DNA of 62,403 nucleotides, filler included, from Chiloscyllium plagiosum (lineage: Eukaryota), in the NCBI RefSeq assembly GCF_004010195.1. It is 3 parts of one record of this genome, joined end to end, with 100 filler letters (N's around TTAATTAATTAA, not from the genome) between each part and the next. Parts side by side here need not be neighbours in the genome. Positions count along the whole stretch, not along the records: positions 1 to 18,158 come from NC_057711.1; positions 18,259 to 49,992 come from NC_057711.1; 1 more part is not named here. The stretch is one strand, 5' to 3'. The translations under genes were made by a program, and so were the position numbers. The notes beneath the pieces are model-generated. The model made no database searches, was not told the DNA's origin, and saw only the letters and a list, made by a program, of their open reading frames with translations. Positions 11,070-22,580 of the stretch are shown here, one piece after another. Position 1 is the first letter of the stretch; the number at the start of each line of letters is the position of its first letter.

Positions 11070-12470
11070 TAGTGGATTGTGACAGATTGCTTGATGGAGG
11101 GGGGCAGGTCTTATAATCTACATAAATGACTAGGACAAAGGCACTGAATGTCTTGTTTGCTGATGGCCCAAGGATAGGGTAGAAAATAAGTTGTCATGAG
11201 GACATACAGAGTCTACAAAGAAATATAGGTAGGTGAAGTGAACAGACCAAAATTTGATGTGTGGTTTAGTGTGAGAAAATGACAACTTCCCATTTTGACA
11301 GAAAGAAAAAATATTATATAATTGAAGTGGAGAGAGAATTCACAACTTTGTTGTACAGAGGAATCTGGGCATCCTGGCACATGGATTAAATCACATTAGT
11401 ATGCAGGTTCAGCAGATGATCAGAAAGGCAAATAGAATGCTGGCATTTATTGCAAGGGGAATACAGCAGTAAGGCAAGGATGCTTGTCTCCAATTGAAGA
11501 GGGTCTTTGTGAGACCAACTCTGCTGTACTATATCTTAAACCTTCTTACATGAAAGAATAGAATTGCATTAGAAACAGTTCACTCAACCGATTCCTGTGA
11601 AGGAGAGGATATCCTATGAGGAAGTATTGGTCAAGAACATGACCTAAAATGTTAACTCTAATGTCTCTCCACAGATGCTGCCAGACCTGCTGAGCTTTTC
11701 CAACAATTTCTGTTTTTGTTTCTGATTTACAGCAACCCAGTTCTTTCAGTTTTTATTTAATATTGGTCAGGATGTATCCATTTTATCAATTAGATCAATG
11801 ACAACTGGCCTTATTGAAACACATATGGCTCTGATGGGCCTTTACAAGTTAGGTAATGAAAGATGTGTCCCCCATGGTACAGGCAAGAAATAGAGGAATA
11901 AAGTCAGAAAGTGCTGGAGAAAGTCATCTGAGTAGCGAGAAAGAAAATTAATGCTTCAAGTCCAGTGTGACTGATTAAAAAATAAACTTAAAAATCATAC
12001 AACCCCAGGTTATAAGTCTAACATGCTTATTTGGAAATACTAGCTTTTGGAGCACTGCTCCTTTATCAGGTGGTTGTGGAGTATAAGGTCGTAAGACACA
12101 GATTGGGCTATAACCTGGGGTTGTGTGATTTTTAACTTTGAACACCCCAGTCCAACACCAGCATCTCCAAATCATGATTAAAAAATATGTGGCTTTCCAT
12201 TTAAGATGGTGACGAAGAGAATTATTTTCTTCTGAGACAATCATTAGTTTATGGAGTTCTCTTCCCCAGAGACCAATAGAGCCTGGAAAGTAGAATAATC
12301 AAATATACTCAAGGCTGAATTAATTAGATTTTTGATTGACAATGGAGTTAAGGGATATGGAGTGTAAATAGAAATGTAAAGTTGAAACCAGAGTCATGCC
12401 ATGATCAAACTGTGAAGTGTGCTCAAGAGGCTGAATAACCTATTCCTGCTCCTAGTTATTCAGTTCTTAG
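11070..12470 (+). mobile_element. Highly degenerate CR1 RT/3' fragment with nested PLE pieces
   Basis: Remnants of ..INDL../FADD../GMLAFIARG coding sequence and a CR1-type tail near 12430-12470. Confidence 0.6.
11985..12174. mobile_element. Short palindromic Penelope-like insertion (family B) with a 13-bp TSD
   Basis: TSD TGATTAAAAAATA at 11972-11984 and 12175-12187. Inverted arms TTAAAAATCATACAACCCCAGGTTATA / TATAACCTGGGGTTGTGTGATTTTTAA. Decayed hammerhead on the - strand at ~12038-12072. Confidence 0.8.
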
Positions 12471-15162
12471 ATCTACCTCATATCGCAGATTTTGTTATGA
12501 GAGTTCATAATTTGCCCATAATCACAAGTGAGGATCTAGATTTTAGTTCTATGTGGGGTGGAGTGGGGTGAGGGGAACAGCACTGTGCAGGCCTATAATG
12601 TTTGCACTGTTGGCCATCTGCTGCTGGAATAGTTTTCTGGGTGAGGATTTGGAATGAGCAAACTACCTGTTTATTAGCAGCAGGAAACTAATTAACAGTA
12701 TTTAAAGGCCAATCATAGCCTATTTTCTAAGTCAGAAGCTTCAGGGTAGGATTCCCAGAGAAGGTGGAGTGCCGGCTGGCCTCCAGGCAGACTGTGAAGC
12801 TTCTCCCCATCCACCTGATTACAGCTATTACCAAGGACCTCCTTCCTCTTCCACAATGGTGACCTAGCTGCTGAGTTCAGCCTCTCTCTTACCTGAACTC
12901 TGGCCTGCTGCTCCTTCTGAGTTAGATATCCTGTTATACAATATTAAACTTTAAGAGAACCTAATGTCAAAACAATGATCTCACTCTCTGGCCACTAACG
13001 GGATGATTTGAAGAAAATTCCTGCTAAATGACTGTTTCCCCATGCTGATTTCATGACTTAATTGGTGCTTGGTACTGTTTTTTCTCTCCCCAAACCCCCA
13101 CCCCCACCCCCACCTCAAAGTTGTCCACTACCCTTACACACAAACACAGGCATGCTTAGCAGCAATTGGCAAACAAATCTACTTTGAACCTTTCAGTCTT
13201 ATATGTAGCCATTTAATTGTAAATGGATGCAATCCTATATATATACCATGTTCAACTAACCACTGGTTTAATCTGAAGTTTATTTTTAAAGTATATGAAT
13301 CAGGGAAAGGGACATTGTTATATAAAAGCATTGAAATGTTCAACCAGTCACAATCAAATTGAATGACACTGAAGGCTTGATGGACCAAATGGCCTTCTCT
13401 TGATCCTATGTTCTTGTAAAGTACACAAAAGAGTTACTGAAGCTGAAAAACTCTCCTACATGCAAATTAGCAATATAACTTTCAATACAGCCTAATCTGA
13501 AATTCTGAAAGTACTTGTAAAACTAATCTTTAAATAGAATTTAAAATTGCTTATAATACTAACCATAGATCAATTTCTGTAAAGGTAAAAAGATTTCAAA
13601 TGGTTTCCCCACACGTAAATCTTTTGGATTCAGTCGAATCATGTTATAGATGATCACACCAATTATATTGCCAGATTCTGTGTAAACTGAAAATGAAACA
13701 ATATTTCTGAAGGGAAATAATTAAAATTCGTATTACCTTCATGTCTTCTCTTCATAGATTGCTTTTTTTCACTCAAATGCAGATCTCAAGTTGCATTTAC
13801 TTTTTGTATGCAAATAATCAATACAATGTTCTAAATCACCTCAAATTGCAAAAATAACAGTGCAAAAGTGAAGTTCCATACTTCTTGCTGTTTCAAGACA
13901 AATCCTTTTTATTAAACAATATTTCTTAAAGTTCAAACCTTATTTTTATTCCTTGTTCCGAAAACAAGTTGACAGGCATTTTCATCTCTATAGCCTGTGT
14001 GGTAATCTGGAGGCGTGAATCCAAAATTAATTTTAATTTCACTGAGTTAGTTGTGAGAATAATTTTTGCCAGCAGTGCTTTTGGTTGAGGTTCACGCAGT
14101 TAATAACTTAGAAAGCATGCTGCTGGCATACAGTTACTGAAGGACTTTATTCATTTTAATCAAAGTATTTGCCCAAAGAAAAGGTATAGTTATTCATTTA
14201 CAAATAGTAGATTCTTAGCAGGAAATTGCCTTTTGCAGGTTCCTTACTGAGACTGATGCTTAATCCTGGTTAAATGAAATTTAAGCCACAGTAGAAATGA
14301 ACAATTGTTTGTTTGAAGACTCATCTGAAAATAATCAGCCATCCTTATCATCTTGAATTGAAAATGCCAGATATATTCTGTAGTAACCGAAGGATGAACC
14401 TTATGCTATTATTTGGGGTGGTTTTGATAGTTTTGTGGTGCATAACGGTAAACTTTATGTGTTGAAAAGAATGAATTATGCAAGTTCTGCAAAACAAAGA
14501 AAACACTGTCATGCAGTTTTGCCTTTACTGGCTTTCTGACTTTCATTTGCATTGATTCTTCTGTATATTGCCTTCACAAAAAAAACAAAGAACTGGCCAC
14601 GTTAAAACGTTATAACAGACAAGGGATTTTATTTCCCTGTGTTTCGAAGATGTTGCAATTGTTTTCATGATATCTATTATTTTGTCGATATTTAAGGGTT
14701 TTATTAAGAATAAGTCAAGTTCACCTTTTATTATATAAGATATTAGAATTTTAACTGATGTTTTAAGAAATGCATTACTTAATTGCATCAATCAATGAAT
14801 TATTCTGTTGAACAATGGATTTCCAGATGATTGTTGTGATTTGGAGATTACATTTCATAATTTTTCTTTGAGCTTTAGAAATAATGTTTTTTTACCTTGA
14901 ACTAAACTAGTCTTTCAAGTGGATTTGTCCAGCTTTGTTAAAACTTAACACTTTATTCTAATTTTTTAGTCTATCTTTCCATCCTTGGTGTAAGAGGACT
15001 TTGTTACAAAAAAGAAATTTCAAAGAAGGTTTTTAAACAGGTTTAAATGTAATATTTCTGTGAAAATAACATTTGGGAATTGTTGAATTCTAAATCCAGA
15101 ATAAAATTGAATGAAAAATGTATTTCCTTGTTGATAAGTTTCCCCTCAGCCTTTTCTCTCCC

Positions 15163-17525
15163 AAACAAAGAACAATACAGCAATGAACAGACCCTTCAGC
15201 CAACCAAGCCTGTGCCAATACATTTTGCCCTTCAGGATGTCTTCCTAAAACTGTCTTCATTTACAGGATCCATACCCCTTTATTCCCTTCCTATTCATGT
15301 ATTTTTCCAGGTGCTTCTTGAATGCTGCTATTGTGTCTGCTTCCACTATCTCCTCTTGCAATGTGTTCCAGGCACTCACTACCTTTTCTGTGAAACACTT
15401 GGCTCGCACATCTCTTTTAAACCTCTCCTCTGCACCTTGAACCTGAATCCCTTAGTAACTGACCCCTCTCTCCTTGGAAAAAGCCTCATATTTTCCACTT
15501 TATCCATGCCATTCACAATCTTATTAACTTCTTTCAGGTCGCCTCTCAACCTCCTGCATTCTGGTGAAAACAAAACCCAACCTTTCTTCATAGCTAAAAT
15601 TCCCCAAACCAGGGAACATCCTGATAAACCTTTTCTGTACCCTCTGCAAGATCCACATCCTTCTGATAGTGTGGTGATGACCAGAACTGTATGCAATATT
15701 CCAAGTGTGCCCCAATTGAAGTCCTATAAAGCTGTAGCATAACTTGTCTATCCTTGTACTTAATGCCCCTTCCAATGAAAATCTTTTTCCAATCTTGTCC
15801 CTGAAAATCTTTTGTAATTTTCCTACCACTGACGTAAGACTCACAGGCCTGTAATTTCCAGGATTATCCCTGTTACCCTTCTTAAACAATGGGACAAGCT
15901 TGGCTATTCTCCAGTCCTATAGGACTCACCTGTGGCCAAAGAAGATACAAAAGTGTCTGTCAATGCAAATCTGTTCTCTTGCCTCCCTCAATATTAACTT
16001 GTCTTAGAAATTCAACACTCTCTTGCCTGAGATCATCCTCCACTAATTCCTTCTCTTTGGTGAATACATTTAGGACATCACCTACCTCTTCTGGCTCCAC
16101 ATAAACATTCAATCCTTTGTCCTTGAGTGTGTCAACCCTTTTCCTGGCTACACTATTGCTTTTTTACACATGCAGACAAATACTTGGGCGGTACGATGGC
16201 TCAGTGGCTAGCACTGCTGTCTCACAGTGCTAGGGATCCAGGTTCAATTCCAGTCTCGGGTTATGTCTGTGTGAGTTTGCACATTCTCCCTGTGTCTGTG
16301 TGGGTTTCCTTTGGGTGCTCTGGTTTCCTCCCATGATCCAAAGATGTGCAGGTTCAATCAATTGGCCATGCTAAATCACCCATAGTGTTCATGGATGTGT
16401 CGGTTGGGGTAAATGTAGAGTAATGGGGTGGGTTACTCTTCAGAGGGTCAATGTGGACTTGTTTGGCTGAAAGGCTTGTTTCCACACTGCAGGGATTCTT
16501 CTAAGTGATTCTCCTCAATCCTGTTTGCTCACAACTTTTCATGACCACTTTTAGCCCTTCTAATTCTTTGTTTAAGTTCTTTCCTACTTTCCTTATCTAC
16601 TTCAAAGGCTTTATCTGTTCCCATCCTCCTTGACCTTACGTATGCTTCTTTTTCCTTTTTGACCAAGATCATAACATCCCTGATCATCCTTGGTTCATGT
16701 AACCTGCCATAACTTTCCTTCATTCTCTCAGGAACATGCTGCTCCTGAACTGGTATGAACTGCCATTTGAAAGACTCCCACATATCCAATGTGGATTTAC
16801 CCTCAAACAGCTGCCTCCAAACAAAATTTCCCAGTACCAGCCTGATATTGTCAGAGTTCACCTTCCTCAAGTTTAACATCTTCGCCAGTGGACTACTGTT
16901 ATCCCCATCCATGAGTATCCTAAAAGTCACAGTATTATAGCAACTACTCCCAAAATGCTCCCCCACTGGAACTTCACTCATCTGATCAGGCTCATTTCAA
17001 AATCAGATCCAGTATAACCCCTTTCTTGGTTGGACTGTTTATATACCGTGTAAAGGTACCCTCCTAAATGGTCTTTACAAATTGTGCCCCATCCAAGCCC
17101 CAAGCGAAGTAAGTCCCAGTCATTACGGGGAAAGTTAAAATCACCCACCACAACAACCTTGCTGTTTTTATATCTTTCCAAAATCTGTCGACATATTCTC
17201 TCCTCTATCTCTTGTTGGCGGTTGTGAGGCCTGCAGTATACGCCCAGCATTGTGATTTCACCTTTTCCATTCCTGAGTTTTATTCATATTGCCTCGCTGC
17301 ACACATCCTCTGATGTTTCCTCTCTCAGCACTGCTGTGAGGTATTCCTTTACCAGTAATGCAACTCTCCCACCCCTTTTACATCCCTTTCTATCACATCT
17401 GAAACATTTAAATCCTGGGGCATTTAGCTGCCAGTCCTGTCCCCCTTTTATCCAAGTCTCCATAATTGCAATAATTACTTCAGACTGACTTTGATTCTGA
17501 TATTCTTTGCAACTCACTCTATTCC
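15163..17525 (-). mobile_element. Degenerate, internally deleted CR1 LINE (endonuclease to 3' tail)
   Basis: ETWI..WQLNAPGFKCFRCDR..GGRVALLVK, VVVGDFNFP, KGNRDNPGNYRPVSLTSVVGKL, RRLRGDL; tail near 15163. Confidence 0.88.
16186..16502 (+). mobile_element. HE1-like V-SINE nested in CR1
   Basis: GGGCGGTACGATGGCTCAGTGG (A box), GGTTCAATTCC (B box), V-domain, CR1-type tail. Confidence 0.88.
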
Positions 17526-17645
17526 CCCGTTCCACTTTTAGTTGCAGAGACTTTTGTAATTACACTCACAGTATGGTACCATTCCCTAACTGTACCTCAG
17601 AGTATTATAAAGCTAATCTCCATTATGAAAACCATTATCAATCAA

Positions 17646-17755
17646 GGGCTTGTGTCGTGCAATGGTGGAGTACCTATGTCTGAGCTGAAAGGTCTGGTTT
17701 CAAGACCCACTTGCTGCAGAGTTGTATCATAACATGTCTAGACAAGGTTGATTTA
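17646..17755 (+). mobile_element. Short tRNA-derived SINE head (unclassified)
   Basis: A-box-like GTCGTGCAATGG and B-box-like GTTTCAAGAC, degenerate. Confidence 0.4.
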
Positions 17756-17934
17756 TATATATATACCTCATATTGTTTATGTCCTATACTAGGACTGAGC
17801 GATGATCCAGGAAATGTGAATTCAACTCCCATTGTAGTTTAACATACTTTAAGGAAGGAAATTTGCTGGACTACATGAAACTATCGACCCATGTAAATAT
17901 TGTTAATTCTTAACTTCCTTTTGAAATTGTCTTA

Positions 17935-18158
17935 CAGAAACTCCATGGACCAGTCGAACCAGGAACATTCCTCGTCACAATGGATGTTTCCGCACTCTAC
18001 ACCAGCATCCCCCACAATGATGGCATCGCGGCAACAGCCTCAGCAATCAACACCAACAACTGCCAGTCTCCAAACACCATCCTACAACTCATCCGCTTTA
18101 TCCTCGATCATAACGTCTTCACTTTTGACAACCAATTCTTCATCCAGACACATGAAAC
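17935..18158 (+). mobile_element. Penelope-like element reverse transcriptase fragment, truncated by a gap
   Basis: Open frame GPVEPGTFLVTMDVSALYTSIPHNDGI..LQLIRFILDHNVFTFDNQFFIQTH, a typical PLE RT motif A region. Confidence 0.85.
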
Positions 18159-18258
18159 NNNNNNNNNNNNNNNNNNNNNNNNNNNNNNNNNNNNNNNNNN
18201 NNTTAATTAATTAANNNNNNNNNNNNNNNNNNNNNNNNNNNNNNNNNNNNNNNNNNNN
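18159..18258. other. Assembly gap with artificial six-frame-stop linker
   Basis: 44 N + TTAATTAATTAA (18203-18214) + 44 N = 100 nt. Confidence 0.97.
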
Positions 18259-19795
18259 CCCCTCCTTTTTTATCACCCCCCCTAATCTTACTGAAACATC
18301 TGTAACCAGGAACCTCCAACAACCATTCCTGTCCCTCTTCTATCCACGTTTCCATAATGGCCACAACATCATAGTCCCAGGTACCGATCCATGCCTTAAG
18401 TTCACCCACCTTATTTCTAATACTCCTTGCGTTGAAGTATACACACTTGAGCCCATCTTTTGTCCGCAAGTATTCCCTATCAGTGCTACCTTCTTCACAG
18501 CCTCCCTACATTCTTGGACATCCTGAAAAACAGCTAACCTACTTGCTGGACTACAAGTCCGGATCCCATCCCCCTGCCAAATTAGTTTAAACCCCCCCGA
18601 AGAATGCTAGCAAACCTATCCCCCAGGATATTGGTGCCCTTCTGGTTCAGGTGCAACCCGTCCTGCTTGTACAGGTCCCACCTCCCCCAGAATGCAGTCA
18701 AATTGTCCAAATACATGAAGCCCTCCCACATACACCATGCTTGCAGCCACGTGTTCACCTGCACACTCTCCCTATTCCTTGCCTCACTGTCACGTGGCAC
18801 TGGCAACAACCCAGAGATGACGACTCTGTCCGTCTTAGCTTTTAGCTTCCAGCCTAACTCCCTGAGCTCTTGAATGACCTCCCCACTCTTCTTCCTCCCT
18901 ATGTCGTTGGTGCCAATGTGCACCACGACTTCTGGCTGCACACCCTCCCCCTTAAGGATTCTGAAAACACGGTCCGAGACGTCTCAGACCCTGGCACCCG
19001 GGAGGCAACAAACCATCCGAGAGTCTCGCCCATGTCCACAGAACCGCCTGTCGGTCCCTCTAACTATAGAGTCTCCTATAACTAGCGCTCTCCTCCTCTC
19101 CCCCTTTCCCTTCTGGGCCTCAGAGCCGGACCTCGTGACAGAGACCCGGTCTCTGCAGCTTACCCCTGCTAGGCCGTCCCCCCCAACAGTATCCAAAGCG
19201 GTATACTTGTTATTGAGGGGAACAACCACAGGGGATCCCTGCACTGCCGGCTTCCTCCCCTTCCCACTTCTAACTGTTACCCAGCTACCTCTGTTCTCTG
19301 GAGTAACTATGTCCCTGTAGCTTCTATCTATCACTCTCTCAGCTTCTCGAATAATCCTTAGTTCATCCAACTCCAGCTCCAGTTCCCCAAGGTGGTCTGT
19401 GAGGAGCTGGAGCTGGCTGCACTTCCTGCAGGTGAAGTCAGCAGGAGCATCGGTGGTCACCCCTACCTCACACATCCTGCAGGAGGAACATTCCAGTGCC
19501 TGCGCTGCCATAACTCTACACTTAGTCTCCAAAACAAGAACACTAAGTAGCTTACCTGTTCAGCCGACTGAATCCTTTAGGTTAGAGGAGGAGGGAGGGT
19601 GGGAGACACTACACGTGTAGTGTCTCGGGTTCCTTCTCCACTCAAACTTCTTACCTTCCCAGAAGCCTCTGTTGACAACTTCCGGGTTCCCACTCCTAGT
19701 TGAAAAAAAACACAGACTGCGAAAAGAAAAGCGTTAATTTAAACTGGTCTCCACTTACCTTCCGGCTCCCCTCTCTGTGCGTCCGCTGTAGCACT
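18259..19795 (-). mobile_element. CR1 LINE 5' half (5' UTR, ORF1 zinc finger + SGNH esterase, start of ORF2 endonuclease)
   Basis: 18984-19532 CSSCRMC..CRKC..IGDSIVR; 18582-18941 HIGTND..DGLHLN; 18259-18469 LKCVYFNARSIRNKVGEL..ETW. 5' end AGTGC at ~19795. Confidence 0.92.
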
Positions 19796-19802
19796 CTCCC
19801 CC

Positions 19803-20627
19803 ATGTTGGAATATTGCGTGCAATTCTTGTCTCCTTCCTATTGGAAAGGTGTTGTGAAACTTGAAAGGGTTCAGAAAAGATTTACAAGGGTGTTGTCAGG
19901 GTTGAAGGATTTGAGCTTCAGGGAGAGGCTGAAGCATCGGAGGCTGAGGGGTGACCTTATAGAGATTTACAAAATTATGAGGGGCATGGATAGGATAAAT
20001 AGACAAAGTCTTTTCCCTGGGGTCAGGGAGTCCAGAACTAGAGGGCATAGGTTTAGAGTGAGAGGGGAAAGATATAAAAGAGACCTAAGCGCAATTTTTC
20101 ACACAGAGGGTGGTACGTGTATGGAATGAGCTGCCAGAGGATGTGGTGGAGACTGGTACAATTGCAACATTTAAGAGACATTTGGATGGAAATATGAATA
20201 GGAAGGGTTTGGAGGGATATGGGCCAGGTGTTGGCAGGTGGGACTAGATTGGGTTAGGATATCTGGTTGGCATGGACGAGTTGGACTGAAGGGTCTGTTT
20301 CTGTGCTGTACATCTCTATGACTCTATGACTCTAGAGGGCATAAGTTTAGGGTGAGAGGGGAATGATATTAAAGAAACCTATGGGGCAACTTTTTCACAC
20401 AGAGGGTGATGCATGTTTGGAATGAGCTGCCAGAAGAGGTGGTGGAGGCTGGTACAATTGCAACATTTAAAAGGCATCTGGATAGAAATATGAATAGGAA
20501 GGGTTTGGAGGGATATGGGCCGGGTGCTGGCAGATGGGACTAGATTGGGTTAGGATATCTGGTTGGCATGGACGAGTTGGACTGAAGGGTCTGTTTCTGT
20601 GCTGTACATCTCTATGACTATGACTAA
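19803..20627 (+). mobile_element. Two tandem CR1 (HER1-like) 3'-end fragments
   Basis: LEYCVQF..LERVQKRFTR..RRLRGDLIE. Tails CTCTATGACT at ~20333 and ~20627; the second unit restarts at ~20334. Confidence 0.9.
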
Positions 20628-21909
20628 GTTGCATAGTCGCTATTGTTAAGTGCACACACCTTCAGTAAGTGGTAACTGTTGTCACAGATTATCTGAATAG
20701 TAACAGAATGGAAATCCCTTCTGCAGATAAATTCTGCAGCATGATAATACAGTCATCTCAGTGCCGCATGTACAGTTGCTGGCACCCTGCACCTGGGGTA
20801 AACCAACTATGTACCCGAATCCTACTGTCTGGCTTACAGCACAGACTTAGTCATAGAGGACCAAAATGGAGCAGTGTGATCTTACAGAAATGGCATCAGT
20901 ATCTGTCCTGATGCAATTACGTTTAGATAACTGAGAGTTCTGGGTTTTACATTTTTTTTTGCTGAATGAGGGAGGAGGAACAGAACAAAGTAAACTGTAA
21001 ACTGTTCACTCCAACCTTGCTGGCTGGTCTGTTAATTAGTAATTTTTAAAATATAGACAGAGTTTCATTTTACATCTGCCCACCTTCGTAATTTGGGAGA
21101 TCGTGTCATATTGTCAACACAACATAATCACGACCTGTTTTACATACATCATTTGGTGCTCACTTGAGTTGTGGGCTAAAATCTACCTCTTCTTCTCTAA
21201 TACATATGTAATGTTTGGTCCGTGCTATTCTGTAACATTGTACGCTTTTCTAATGCATGCAATAGTGGCACAGCTTTTCCCTGCTTTGTTACTTGGATTC
21301 CTTTTCCAATCTTTTATTTTTCTTGGCAATTCAAGTTCAGTTTAATCTTCTGAATTGCTATTTTTCACAATTATTTTCTAATCTCTTCATATTCTCCACT
21401 ATCACACTCATCCCTGCTGTGTGTCTACTTTTAGCCTTGCCCTCAATTTTCAACATTTTCTAATCATCCATGATACTTCAGCAATGTTTAGTCTGTTCTT
21501 GTCTTTTAACAGGGAATATTTTCTCTAGCACTTTATTGAATGTTTTACATCTTTCCCACTGTTGTTTTATGTTATTGTTTACTAATATTGATGTCCATTT
21601 TAATTGCTCAAACGTCATTTCCAGTCTTTCAAAATCAACTTCTCTCCAATCTGTTACCCTGATTTAATTAATGCTTATGTCCTCCTCAATTACTATTTCA
21701 AAGCTTGTAATAATATGAGCACTATTGCTTGGATGATCACCTACTTCATTGTCCTGGCTCAGTCTCCATTATTACATCCAATATTAAATCCTCCCTTGGT
21801 ATGCTTTTTTTAATGCATACTGGATTTGAAAGCAGTCCTATATTCATTGTAGAAACTCTATTCCCTTATCCAAGCTACCTGCCTCTTCTGGCCAATTAAT
21901 TTCAGTCCA

Positions 21910-22580
21910 GTTATAGAGTCTTAGAATCATTTGTTCCAATTCTTCCATGCTTACTAGAAATCCTAAATTAATCAAGCTCTATTTGCAAGCTTTTGGCCTA
22001 TGTCCCTCGAAACTGTTCATGTTCATGTAACCACCCAGATGTCTTTCAAATGTTATAATTGTATCAGCCTCCACCACTTTCTCTGGCAGCTTAATCCATA
22101 TACACACCATTCTTTGCATGGAAAGCTTGCCCCTTAGGTCCCTTTTATTTCTTTCCCCTCTCATCTTAAACCTATGCCCTCTAGTTTCGGACTCCCTTGT
22201 CCTAGGAAAAGACCTTGACTATTCATTATATCCATACCCCTTCTGATTTTATAAACCTTTATAAGGTCACCCCTCAGCCTTTGATAGTCCTGCCTATTCA
22301 GCATCTCCCTATGGCTCAAACCCTTCAACCCTGGCAACATCCTTGTAAATCGTTTCTGCACTCTTTCAAGTTAAACAACATCTTTCCTATAGCAGAATTG
22401 AATGCACTATTCTAAAAGTTCTATACAGCCACAAAATGAACTCCAAACCCGTATACTCAATGCACTGACCGATAAAGGCAAATGTACCAAACACTTTCTT
22501 CACCACACTGTCTTTCAAGATAGTCTCCACACAATGACTCCACTTTCAAGGAACCATGAACATGAACTCTAAGTTCTCTT
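21910..22580 (-). mobile_element. CR1 3' fragment
   Basis: QKRFTRMLPGLKGL..QRLRGDLIKVYKI; tail near 21915. Confidence 0.85.

Noticed and set aside
16186..16260. tRNA-like A/B boxes (also 37490-37557, 39716-39790)
   Set aside because: These are SINE heads continuing into V-domain and LINE tail, not tRNA genes.
18203..18214. TTAATTAATTAA island inside Ns (also 50037-50048)
   Set aside because: Centred in exactly 100-nt gaps. It is an artificial six-frame-stop linker, not biological sequence.
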